From: Eledone cirrhosa
Lineage: Eukaryota
DNA: 64,000 nucleotides
Reading direction: 5' to 3'
NCBI GenBank assembly: GCA_964016885.1
Contig: OZ024746.1
Location: forward strand, 96,162,001-96,226,000
Shown here: positions 45,540-58,638 of the stretch, in pieces
How the letters are laid out: each line of letters starts with the position of its first letter
How positions within the stretch are numbered: position 1 is the stretch's first letter
The notes under the pieces: generated by a model
What the model saw: the letters and a program-made list of their open reading frames with translations, nothing else
What the model was told of the DNA's origin: nothing
The model's database searches: none
Translations under genes and position numbers: made by a program

Positions 45540-46470
45540 GTTACGAGGTTAACTTTGCCTTTTATCCTTACGGGGTCGATAAAATAAAGTACCAGTCAAG
45601 CACTGGGTCGACTTTCCCCTCCACCAAAATTGCTGGCCTTGTGCCTATATAACAAACCATTATTTATTATTATTATTATAAGGATGGAAGGCAAATTCAA
45701 ATCCAGACGAGGTTAACTTTGCCTCGGAGTCGATAAAATAAAGTACCAGTAATACACTGAGATAATTGCTGGCCTTGTGCCAAAAGTAGAAACAATTATT
45801 ATTGGCAGTACTGGTAGAGGGTCGGACGCCATGCGTTGCAGCATAGAGTTATGGTCCTTTACGGTCTGAGTTCAAATCCCGCCGAGGTTAACTTTGCCTT
45901 TCATCCTTACGGGGTTGATAAAATAAAGTACCAGTCACGCACTGGGGGATCGATTTAATTGACTTTCCTCTCTCCCGAAATTACTGGCCTTGTGCCCATA
46001 CTAGAACTCATTCAGTAATGTACTGGGTAATTGCTGGCCTTGTGCCTAAAAGTAGAAACAATTATTATTATTATTATCATTATCATTGTGTTTGAATGTT
46101 CTGAGTTCAAATCCCGCCGAGGTGAGCTTTGCCTTTAATTCTTTTATTGGGTCGATACAATAAAGTACCAGTAATGCATTGGAGTTGATTTAATCGACTT
46201 TTCCTTTCCTCTAAATCGTTGGACTTGTGTCTAAATCAGAAGCCATTATTGTTGTGATAGAGCGGTGGATTGACAGAATCGTTAGAGCGTCAGACGAAAT
46301 GTTATGTGGTATTTGTTCTGACCTTTTAAGTTCTCAGTTCAAATCCTGCCGAAGTTAGCTTTGCCTTTCATCCATTTACTGGGTCGATAGTACCAGTAAC
46401 ACACTGGGGTAGTTTTAATCGACTTTTCCCTTCCCCAAATTGTTGGCCTTGTGCCTAAATCAGGAACACT
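45540..46470 (+). mobile_element. Cluster of ~6-7 same-orientation SINE copies/fragments
   Basis: Repeated GAGTTCAAATCCCGCCGAGGTTAACTTTGCCTTTCATCC..GTCGATAAAATAAAGTACCAG..GCTGGCCTTGTGCC. Confidence 0.85.
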
Positions 46471-47378
46471 TCAGGGGTTCTCCTCTCTTCAGAGAAGTGC
46501 ATCATCGCGAGATGAGGAAAATACTTTGCTGATCTCCTAAACCCGACCAGATCAGCATCTTCTGATGTACACGAGATGCATCTGAGAGCGATGATAAATC
46601 TTTGAGGTCACAAGATCAATTAAAGAGCTGAAATGTGACGCCCCCTTTGAAAATCTCTGTTTTAAACAATCTAAATAAAACGATTAGTTTACCATGCGTG
46701 GTTCCAAATTACAATGTTTACATACTTTTGTTTTGTGTGTGTGTGAAGGGTATAAGAGAGAAAACTGCTATTCCTGGTTGTTTCGCGACTAGCTTCGCCA
46801 TCACCCGTGGTAATATTGCGAGCGTGTTGGCTTACCTCAAAATATTCCGTTGACCCTTATGATGTGATGTGTGGCCGATTGTCGCACTTGGTGGTGAATT
46901 GGTGGTCGTTTTCGTTATTGTTTTCCTTTTTTTTCTTTTTCTCGCTCTGGTCATATATTTTGTTATTTCTAACAATAGTTAATCGTGTTTGTTATATGTT
47001 TATATTTTCATTTTGAAAGAACCGTGAAAATTTGTAATGTTATTTTACACAACTGTGAATAAAATAAATGAATATTTTAAAGTTACTAAGCGCGAAAACG
47101 AACTGTCTACATTCCAATTGCATTGTAATTCCGTTGTATTTTTTTTTTTTTTGTTATTACTGTGGGGGAATTTTCTTCCGGTTTGGAAGTAATCGTTCGT
47201 TTTAAAATGACAAAAAAACTTACGGTAATTTCCGTGAGCGAATTTCTTTTTAAAATTAATTTAATCAGCAGAATCGTAATCTACACTTTCGAAATTGTAT
47301 CTGTAAAATCTGAAATATCTTAAGAAAGTTTCGAGGAAATAAAGTCAAGTGTGGCCACTAAATTTATATACATATATA

Positions 47379-47577
47379 TAGGAAAAGAGTCAGGACCCCT
47401 ACGGCTGAGCTCCGGCCTTTGGGATCCTGACGAACTTGATATACCTGTCGAAACGGCCGGAGCTCAGCCGTCAGGGTCCGGACTCTTTTCCTAACACCCA
47501 CTCTACTACCCTAAGTATCGAGTACTCTAGTGCGTTATGGTTCACCTGGTACCTTACTACACTTTCTTTGTTTTTTA
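47379..47577 (+). mobile_element. Fold-back element family D with a hammerhead-like core in the spacer
   Basis: 39-bp arms 47379-47417 and 47455-47493. Spacer contains CTGACGA (47427-47433)...GAAAC (47450-47454). TA-rich flanks. Confidence 0.65.
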
Positions 47578-48195
47578 TACATACATATATATCCGTATGT
47601 GGTTGACGGCTGAGGGAAATGAGTACTCAATACCGAAGTAGAGTTCTAATATTCATTTATATTAAGGCTATATTCATTTATATTCATTTATATTAATTCT
47701 ATCGTGCAATGCCTGTGCGTGAAGATATTTTTTAAAGTGAGGAAAGACTGTACACTGAGCCAATCCCACTCTCTGAGCTACAGTAGCTATAACCCGAAAA
47801 GAAGATAATATCAACATCATCGGTAACTACTGAGCCGCAGGTTTTATATCGGAGTTATCCCAGTTACCTGAGTTGCCTTCTCCTAGAAGAATGCCCTGAC
47901 AAAGGCTAGGGGTCCTTCACTCTCAGTGGTTTAACCGCGCGGTACATGTGTATATAAATATTTACACACTTTTGGATGGCCGTTGACTCTTGAGTTCTTC
48001 CGCCCTTTGTCAGGTTTTGTTTTATGTCCTGCCGGGTGTCCAAAATCACCCTCCTCATCAAGTAAACTTGGTGGGGTTGCCAGTTTAGTCACCGACGACC
48101 CGACCATGCGACAGGTTGTACTGGGTTACATGTTACCAGTAACACTCAAGAGTGACCCGACACACACACTATATATATATATATATATATATATA

Positions 48196-48386
48196 ACGAA
48201 GGAAATGTAAGGAACCAAGTGGACCATAACGTACCAAAGTACTCAATACTTAGGGTAGTAGAGTGGGTAATAGGAACGAGTAGGACCCCGACGGCTGAGC
48301 TCAAGCCGTTTCGACGGCTAATTCTAGTCCAGAATTAGCCGTCGAAACGGCTTGAGCTCAGCCGTCGGGGTCCTACTCGTTCCTAT
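48196..48386 (-). mobile_element. Fold-back element family D, second copy (perfect 56-bp arms, 5-nt loop)
   Basis: Palindrome 48270-48386 with loop AGTCC. The unique part is reverse-complement-similar to 47494-47575. (TA)n on both sides. Confidence 0.8.
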
Positions 48387-48498
48387 ATATATATATATAT
48401 TAGTTTTCTTTACATACTGTATTATGAAGAGCAAAGTACTTAATCCTCGAGCTCATTAAATTACAGGGGATTAACGCGAGTCTTTAACTCCGTGTTTT

Positions 48499-48545
<47 letters not shown>

Positions 48546-48750
48546 TTAGTTAAGCAAAACAAGACCACAAATTTCACATGGAAGACATTATTAAAAGATT
48601 GTCGACATAGTTTTAGTTTAATGTAAGGAATGTAGAGAATAATAATAATAATAATATTAATAACGCTTTGGCTTCTAACTAATTCACCAATCTCTCTTCT
48701 CCTCTCCTATCCTATCCTATCTCTCTCTTTAAGATTGGTTACTCTTGAAC

Positions 48751-48812
<62 letters not shown>

Positions 48813-49776
48813 CTATAAAATATATTAAAGTGTTCTAGTTAGTATTTTCTTAGTAGTTCTGTAAAGAACTACGTAATTAAGTGAAAAGGTGTGGTTCACA
48901 AGTGTTCATATGTGCGTATTTTTATAGTTATTTCTTTTTCTGTGAGTGTTTCTCTCTCTCTCTCTCTCTCACACATATGTGTATATGTGGTAGTTTTCAC
49001 CTTAATAATGGTTTCTGATTTAGGCATAAGGCCAACAATTTCGGAGAAGGGAGGGAAAGCTGATTAAATCGATTCCAGTGCGTTACTGGTACTTTATTTT
49101 ATCAACCCCGTAAGGAGGAAAGGCAAAGCTAACCTTGGCGGGATTTGAAATCAGAACATAAAGGGCCGTAACTCTATGCGTCATAGCATATTATCCGGCG
49201 CTCTCCCAATACTGCCAATCCACCACCCTTTCACCTTAATACTACTACTTACAAGTAGGTTCGGTAAACAAAAAGCGAAAGCTTTTATAACAAGCTAAAG
49301 TGAAAATTGTATTTTTGTTTCTAGTTTTTTTTTTTGTTTTTTTTACGTAAACTAAGTGAACCAAAGCCAAATCGGTTAATCCAATGTCCCTATAGAAAGT
49401 TGGTCAGAATTATTTCGAATACCTAATTATAATATCGATTTCTAAACATTGGCATCAGTCCACACAGACGCTTGCTTCGGGGCTTCGTCAACTTCATTTA
49501 ACTCGTTGACCCTTTAAAAAAAAAAATCCCTTTTTTTTCCAGGCTCCTTACTTTCAACTTTTCCGCATCTTCAATGATTAAAGGAAGACATATTCGTCCT
49601 TTCCTCCCTTCCTCCTCTCCTTCTCACTGAGACTACACATTTTTTTGAAGGATGTGGTCGATTAAATCGATACAGTGTTTGACTGCTGATATTTGGTTTT
49701 ACTTTATCGATACTGGAAGAGTGAAAGTCAGAGTTGATATTAGCGGGATTCGAAAGCAGAGTATAAAGAAGTAGAA

Positions 49777-50060
49777 CAGAGGTTCTCAAACTTTTGGGGC
49801 CACTGCTCCTCTTACACTCACGTAATAACTTCAGCGAGCCCAACCCTATTTCCAGAGAGACGCAAATTGTAAATAATATATAATAAATAAAATCCTTAAT
49901 TTATATATAATAAATAATATAATATATAGAGCACTCTCTTTTCCTTTACCTTTCCTACGGAAATAATTTATATTTATATTTATCATTTGATATTTAATAT
50001 ACTGTTATATCATCTCTATCGCCCCCCGGGGGGTGGTAGCGCCCATTTTGAGAACCTCTG
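49777..50060. mobile_element. hAT-type MITE (CAGAGGTTCTCAAA family)
   Basis: 14-bp perfect TIRs and an imperfect TSD AAGTAGAA/AGGTAGAT. A relative at 53908-54394 has a nested SINE. Confidence 0.8.
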
Positions 50061-51385
50061 AGGTAGATAAATTTCCCGGCGTCGAAGACGCTACTTTTTC
50101 CCTAAAATAAGTCTCAAAAATCTACCATGCGTCCTGGAGGCCGAAGGTTGTCTATTATTTTTTTCAAATTTTTGGTTGTCAAAATTAGGGTGCATCTTCA
50201 GCGTCGGGAAATAAGATACATACCGCGAGACATGTTGCCTGCCATACAACCAGTTTTGCAAATTCATCACCTTCAGGTGGATCCTTATAATTATTAAGCC
50301 ATTTGATACCCAATCGCTTCTGGTTCTATGATATAAAGTTATTTATTTTAAAGTGTTCATATTTATCTAAAAACCTTCCATCATAATTTTAGTGACAAAC
50401 TTTGTTCTAATCACCAGTTAATAATGAAGTTAATCAAAATAAAATCAATCACGATAATGTCATAGATTTTATATTCACTGTCTCCGTCACTCTCGCTCTC
50501 CCCATCTCTCACTGTTATTAGTAAACGGGGGCCCACGCACTAATCGTTTCTCCGGAGGATAGTGAGGAAGACGCGTTGGAAGAGCCATTTCAGCTCGCGA
50601 GCTCACACCTGCGGGTAGCCAACTCCCTGCCGATGGTGATGAGTAGGGAGGTGGTCCTAGGGCCAAGGACACCAGCAGTTTCCACGTGGTCCCGTAATAT
50701 ATATATATATATAATGTACACACATTTAAGGTATCAAAACATAAAATATGCTTGATTTTTGTGCTTCTCAACAAAAAAAGCTCAATGGACCGATATAAGG
50801 AATTTTATTGTTTCCATCTTTTTCTTTGAAATATGTGCTTTGTGTATATGCAATATACTGTGTTTTCTCATGAGATATATGGTTCTCTCTCTATTTATGT
50901 ATATATATAATAAACACATACATATATCTTTTAATTTGAAATATACAGTGTGTCCCCCAAAAATGTATACACTCTTCAACAGCATTCTAATAAAAGTGTA
51001 TATATATATATATATCAACCACAAGCTTATTGTCTCATTGAGTGAGTGGGTCACGACCAGAGGTCGCTGAACATCAGTGACTTTCGTAAACTCTGTGTGT
51101 GTGTGTATATATATATATATATACATACAATGGTCTTGTTTCAGGGGGGTGCCAGGGGACAAGTTCCCCCCACTTTTTCAAACGTCTATATTTTATTTTT
51201 TGTTTATTTGATATAATAAATTATTTTTAAGCTTATTTTTTTATATCTGAACTTAATTTGAATATATAAGCTTTACTTATGTGATATGGTCTGGGAAAGG
51301 CACCATAAGCAATTTATGCTCCTTTAAGAATCAACAAATGTTGGTTTGTCCCCCACCCCCTCACATTTTTAAGGCAGACGAGGCT

Positions 51386-51437
<52 letters not shown>

Positions 51438-51917
51438 AGCATATTGGCTTGCCTCAATGTTTTAGTTAACCCTTTTGATGTGATGTGCGGCCACTTGTCG
51501 CACTTGGGGATAAATTCCCCCCCCCCCCCCCCCCCCGCCTCCCCATTTTATCTCTCTTTTTTACATTTATAAATATTATGTTTGTGTTTTGTAAGCATTG
51601 TTCACCCCTTCCTTTACATTTTCTTTAATATTGTAACATTAAAAGAATATATCTTTCATTGTATCATCCTTTATAGTGTTACCGAAGCATTTATAATGTT
51701 TATGTATATATTTAAAACATATTTGTTATGTTATTCTACTGTAAATTTATTTATATGCTCTGTTTATATTTTCATTCTGAAGGAATTGCAAACGATTTGT
51801 AATGTTGTTTGTGCAACTATGAATAAAAATATCGTTATTATTTAAACATAATACATTAGTGAATAAAACGTAATAAATATATATATACACAGCATTATAT
51901 AGATATAATTACTCTAG

Positions 51918-51964
<47 letters not shown>

Positions 51965-52699
51965 ATACTGGACTGAAGATAGTGATTAATCTCGTAATTA
52001 AACATATCTTTTATTTTGTTCTCTCGGTATGTATAGATGTTCGATATAGTGGGATGTTCCCCTCATAGTCTCTGTTGTTTGAAATGTAATCCCTTGATAC
52101 AAAAGCAGGTGACTCAGTCACGTGATGTTAATATGTACTTTTACAGAGCCTTAATTGTGTGCGTGTGTGTGTGTATTGGACCTCCGTGACGAATTTTCCA
52201 TGTGATTTCGATCAACGAAAACATTTTGCTTGTGAAATTAACGTGCAGGTGATTGAATATTTCATAGACACGAACCCTTATCTAGCGTAGATTTACTTTG
52301 TTTTAAATACACGTTTCTATTAGGTAGGGAAATGCCACGTAGAAAGTCCCTTGTCTGTTTGCGTTAAATTCAACTTGGTGACTTTATAAAAAAAGAAATG
52401 AATGGAATTACAGGTCAAAAGGAAAGTAATATAGTCATTATTTGGTGGCTTGTACCGAAATTAGAAACCGTATTATAAAGATGCTAAACGCCAATGATAT
52501 GCTCGGCTACAATTTGTCATTAAAAATATTATATATTATATATGCCCTTTGCATTTCATCCTTACTGGGTCGATAAAATAAAGTACCAGTAATGCACCGG
52601 AGTCGACTTTCCCCCTCTCCCCAAATTGCTGGCCTTGTGCAAACATTGCAACATTTTATATTTTTTAATGTGTGGCAAATACATTTTTTATTAAGTTTT

Positions 52700-53400
52700 A
52701 AATATATATAAATAACATTACAAATTGCTCACACTTCTTTTAGAATGAAAATATAAAGATATAATAAATATGATTAACTATTGCTAGGAACCTCACAAAT
52801 ACAACGCACCAAAATATATGGCCGCACATCACAAGGGTCAGCGGAACACTTTAAGGCAAGCCTACACGCTCGCAACATTACCACGGCTGATGGCGAGGCT
52901 AAGGTGTTGAAACAATCAGGTACCCTCATGGGTATCACCTGACACCTCAGTGTGGCGAGCCGCCAGTGGCCCAACTCCACCAACGTCTCGAATGCCACAG
53001 ACTGGAAAAAATAATTGTTATTATCAGCTGGGACTAACAACAATCCCTACTCCGATGATACGAGTGCAGGTAATGTGGGGGAAGGCTCTCTGGTATGCAG
53101 AACCCCAGTCGCAAGCTGCTTCGTCGCCCTCGACGGATAGAATAGAAAAAGCGCTATCGCGGAGGATGGCGAGGGAGGGTGATGCGTTAAAATAGTCATT
53201 CCAATTGGCGATGCTACGGTTAGCCAACCCCGCCCCAGTAGCAGAGGTAACTGGTGAAGCTCGTGAGGGCGCTTGGCTATTTCAGCGCATCAGCCTCGCC
53301 ATCACCCGGTAACTAGTGAAGCTCGTGAGGGCGCTTGGTTGTTCCAGCGCATCACCCGAAGTAACACTGCGAGCGTGCTGGCTTGCCTCAAAAATTATTA
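52700..53400. mobile_element. Cluster of CRE-like LINE 3' ends in both orientations
   Basis: + strand 53240-53400 reads AEVTGEAREGAWLFQRISLAITR..NTASVLACLKNY*. Minus strand 52780-53010 reads FQSVAFETL...LFQHLSLAISRGNVASV. Similar pieces near 44760, 45100, 46760, 50560 and 51435. Confidence 0.7.
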
Positions 53401-54639
53401 GAGAGGTTTCCCAGTGCTCCTCGCGATATTGTTATCTTTTGCTCTGGCAGTGGTTCGTTTGCTCACCTCTTTCGCCTGCCTTTTGTTGTGTGTAGTCCTA
53501 GATGGGTGTATTACCTGATTGTGTGTTGTATGTAGTACTAGATGTCTGAATTACCTGCTTGTGTGTGTTTTTTTTCTTTCTCTTTTTCAATTATTTGTAA
53601 TGTTATTTATACAACTCTTCAGTAAATAAAAATGTATAGCAGTGAGTGTCATATAGTCTTAAATATACTGGATGGAATGAACGCATGTATCATGTAGTTT
53701 TAAATATATGTCTAAATTACATGCTGGATCGAAGGAACGGATTTTATCATAGTCTTAGACGAGGATAGATTAAACTTGCTGAAAATTTCATCGGAGCCCT
53801 TGCGTCAGACCATATATTAGGGAACCCTTTATATATTGTGAGTTCCTGACTACAAACCAGTCGATACCATCACCGTGACACTCCTTAATCCGCCACTAGT
53901 CTTAGATCAGAGGTTCTCAACCTTTTTGGGCCACCGTTCCCTTCACAGCTAATATCCTCCCCATCCTCTATTTCCAGAGAGACCTACCTACCTACACGTA
54001 AACTGTAAATGATATATTATAAATAAAATCGTTAATTTAAATAGTGTATAAATAGATAGATATTTTTATATTTTACTATATTTATATATAATATATATCA
54101 TTTGATATTTATATCATTTGATGTATATACCATTTGATATTTATTATACTATTTGGCAGTATCGGTAGAGGGTCGGACGCCATGCTTTGCAGCAAAGAGT
54201 TACGGCCCTTTATGGTCTGAGTTCAAATGCCGCCGAGTTTAACTTTGCCTTTCATCCTTACAGGGTCGATAAAATAAAGTACTGGTAATGTACTGTGTAA
54301 TTGCTGGCCTTGTGCCAAAAGTAGAAACAATTATACTATTATATCATCTCTACCATCGCCCCTCGGGAGGTGGTAGCGCCCAGTTTGAGAACTGATAGAA
54401 GGATAGAGCGTCTTTGATCATAGGTCGCCTCGATCAGGGCTGACATGTGGTTAAACGAGTAAAAAAATATATACATATTCAAGTATTGTTGCTATATCTA
54501 AGTACGCTTACTGCTGCATGTTTTGTGTAGAGAATACCAGGCCACGTAGTAGCAGTAGCAGCAATGCTATTTGTTATGTGGAATAATTTCCAACAACTTT
54601 CGGATATGTATACGATGAGTAGGGGGAGGGGAGGTCATA

Positions 54640-54970
54640 ATATCTCTACGGTGTATAGAAAGAGGAGGTAGTCGATTAAATAGACTCCACTTTTGTCTGG
54701 GTAAACGGTGTGTAGAAAGAGGTAGTCGATTGAATAGACTCCACTTGGGGGGGGGGCGTAACGATGTATAGAAAGAGGAGGTAGTCGATTGAATAGACTC
54801 CACGTTGGTCTGGGTAAACGGTGTGTAGAAAGAGGTAGTCGATTAAATAGACTCCACGTTGTCTGGGTAAACGGTGTAGAGATAAAGGAGGTAGTCGATT
54901 AAATAGACTCCACGTTGGTCTGTGTAAACGGTGTATAGAAAGAGGAGGTAGTCGATTGAATAGACTCCAG
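54640..54970 (+). repeat. ~60-bp minisatellite (~6 copies)
   Basis: Repeated GTGTATAGAAAGAGGAGGTAGTCGATTRAATAGACTCCAC. Confidence 0.88.
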
Positions 54971-56307
54971 TACGCATATTGAATAGACGTCAAACCCGGA
55001 TATGTGTACAAGTTACAATTGGACTTAGAACTCGAATGAAAGGAGTGTGGATGAATATTATAAACTATTTAATAATTGTTTCTACTTTTGGTACAAGACC
55101 AGCAATTAACCAGTACATTACTGGTACTTTATTTTATCGACCCCCGGTAGGATGAAAGGCAAAGTTAACCTCGGCGGAATTTGAACTCAGAATGATAAGG
55201 GCCGTAACTCTATGCGTCAAAGCATGGCGTCCGACCCTCTACCGATACTGCCAATCCAATGTAATGCTCTACTAAAACGGGTATAACACTTGATTATCCG
55301 GCACCTCTTTTAATTTGAACATAATTATGAGCGAATATTTGGATTTTTTTGCTAGATGAGTTCACGTTAAAAGGTTAGCATGGGTGTTAGATTTTCACCT
55401 TGATAATAGAGGTATAAACGAAGGTGTATATGATATGTATATGTATAAGAAACATGCACCATTATATTATTATAGATGAAGGATCTTTACTTTCTGAGTT
55501 CAAATCCCGCCAAGATCAACGTTGCCTTTCATCCATTCAGGGTCGATATAATAAAGTAACTATCAAGTACTGGGATCGATATAATCGATTCCTCGTCACC
55601 TGCAAATGGAGCTTTGTGCCACAATTAGAAACCATTGTTACAGTTGAGATACAACAGAGCTGGCTCTTAGGTATTTAGTACCTTAACCCTTTAGTTACCA
55701 ACCTGGCCAAAACCGGGTCTGGTTCTATGAAATAAAACCACCCATTTAAAAGGTTTGCAATTTAAATTAAAATCTTCCAACCTAATTTTCTTACTAATGA
55801 AATAATTAATTTTAGTAAATCTCTCAAAATTCTTCGTTAATTAATTAAAATAGAGTGCATTTCATTAGAAATGTGGTCAGGAAAGGGTTGGACTAGCCCC
55901 CAGTGTTCGCCCCATTATCCCAAATAAAATAATTTCAACCTACACCAAGCTGACAAGCCTAGTTTGGGATTTTGTTTTTTACTTTGACCACACTAAGAAA
56001 ATTACTAAGCTTGTATTCTCCACTACATCAGAGGTTCTCAAATTTTTTGAGCCACGTAATATACTCAGCACCTCCCAACCCTATTTCCAGAGAGACCTGC
56101 CTACACGCAAATTGTAAATAATATATAAAATCGTTAATTTATATATAACTAGCAGAATGGCTCAGCGTTGCTCGGGATTTGCTCTAGGGTTCTTATATAT
56201 TTTATATATATTTATCCTTATCTAGCCTCGTGAAATAAATACGTTTGTTTATATTTTGTTATTGTGTATGCAAAAAATGCAAAAATATCTGTACACGAAT
56301 ATATAAT

Positions 56308-56342
<35 letters not shown>

Positions 56343-56768
56343 CAGATTAAAGTTTAAGCAAAGAATCGCTGCTTTCACCCTTAATGGGATCTTCTGAAAC
56401 TAACAAAGTTAATAAATACACACACTATATATATACACACTATATATATATATATACACACACACAGTTACGTCATAATGTCGTAATGCAGACAGCCAGG
56501 CATACAGACATATATTATAAGGGCGCAACGTTATATCTATCTATCTGTCAATCTCTCTTTCTGCCTGACGCGTGGAACATCGCCGGTAAGATTTTTTGTA
56601 AATTTATATGCGAAAAACAGAACAAATTGTTTGAAAAAACATATTATTTTGTAGATTAACCTCCAAGCTGAATTGTCAGCTGGGTGGTAATCCCATTTTT
56701 CGCCCCTTTAGTGGCGAAAATTTAATTTAAAAATTGTTTTAAAATATCAAATTTTGCAAACTATAAAC

Positions 56769-58560
56769 ATGAATAACACGAAGGGAACGCTGGAGAACGT
56801 CAATAGAGAAAAGAGAGAGAAAGAGGCAGATTTTAACGTTATATCTGCTTCTGTTACTATGGACGTCGTCATAGATACGACTGTCAACAAAGAGGGAAAA
56901 ATGTTACCACTCGAAAATTGTACAATTTCTACCGTCGAAGCGGAGAAAAATAACACTAACTCACATGAAAACACAGAAATTAAACCTATTAACATACATA
57001 CACATGAAAAAGACATCAACAACTCCACAGATACATCTACACAAAGTTTCACCTCGTCAAGGAACTGAGATTTCCAACACCGAGGCTAACAACGATAACA
57101 ACAACAACAGCAACACCACACAAAAAAAGAAAATGTCTTTCACTAAAACAGTGAACAAAAAACAAGATTTTATAAATCTTGACATCTCCAATGCAAGAGA
57201 TATGCTCGAGCAAGGGAGAAAATTTGTAACTTTCGAAGAGAAAGGTGGGTTTAGAATTAACTCACCCCTTGAAATAAAGGAAGACACAGTTAGAAGATCA
57301 GTCAGCTTTAGGACTGTGTCCAATTCCACGAGAAAGCCGATATTTGTTAGTCAAGCAGATATAGAAGCTACTTTCAAGGAAATCCTAACAAATATCGATT
57401 TTCTCCAACGAGGAAAACAGTACGGAAGTGTTTCCGTACTGTTTAAAAGCGAGGCACTAGCCCAAAAATATTCTGTGACACCAATAGTGTCAAAAGCATT
57501 CACCTTTTTCCCTACATACATGGGAAAAAGGACACAAAAATAAAAATAAAAAATATACCCCCAAACATTAACATCTGGTGGATCTTGACTGGCTTCATAG
57601 AGCCAGAAACTGATATGATTCTTTCGATACGAAAGTCTATTCGACAAAGGTGGGTGGGTACTGATTTGGAGATTCTGTTGCAAATGAGGCCGGAGAGAAT
57701 CTCCAAAATACCCGAAAGAGTCGTCATCGATGATAACAATAAAATAAACATTTCTGTCGAAGGACAAATTTAATTTCATTGCTTTCACTGTGGTAGCACA
57801 GCACACCTAAAAGCCTCTTGCCCTTCACAAACACACAACAACATCATTAAAAAAACATTATTACCAACACCAAAACAACCACCACAAGTACAACGACAAA
57901 CGAAACGAGCAACCACACCAAAACAAACAGACACTCAACCAACAACAGAAAAAACAGAGACCCCACCCCATCCCACTCCATCAAACACTACCACAAACAC
58001 ACACACCGAAACACCACCACCACACAACATACCCCTACCCCACACACCTGACGATGATTATTCATCGACGGATGAAGCTGCTTCTCCTTTAAGTGAAGAG
58101 GAAGAGCCGCGGAAATCTAAAAAACAAAAAAAGAGACACCACAAAACCCCCAAAACTCCAATCACCAACACACAACCACAGACACAAACAACACCACAGT
58201 CAAACATCCTCCTATCAGCAAAACCAACACCAACACCACCCAAACAGAAGCACCCACCATAAAAAGAAAACTCCCAGACGAACAACAAACTAAAACAACA
58301 CAACAAAAACACAAACAACAATACGCATACATCAACACAAACAACAAGAATTTGATGGAGGTCATCTCCCAAAACCCCAAGGTGGAGACAGAGGGCAAAA
58401 CTTTCGTCAAGGCAGAATCATCTCCACACCTTAAACTTATAAGGGTTTCTATGGAAACCTATAATGACCTGAAAAATAAATTTTCACAGGACGTGGGCTA
58501 GAAACCCATCAACCGTGTTCTGTTAAAATGTTTCCCCGCCCCATCCAGCACCCAAATGGA
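56769..58560 (+). pseudogene. Tx1/L1-clade LINE ORF1 (disrupted)
   Basis: Fragmented ORFs; CCHC knuckle CFHCGSTAHLKASC at 57780-57821; T/P/K-rich tail; directly upstream of APE-RT ORF2. Confidence 0.7.
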
Positions 58561-58638
58561 GATTGAACAACCCAATCTCCAGGAAACGAAAAGGTAAGTG
58601 CATCTTTCGTCCTTTTTCTCCAACTCTTCTTCACCAAC

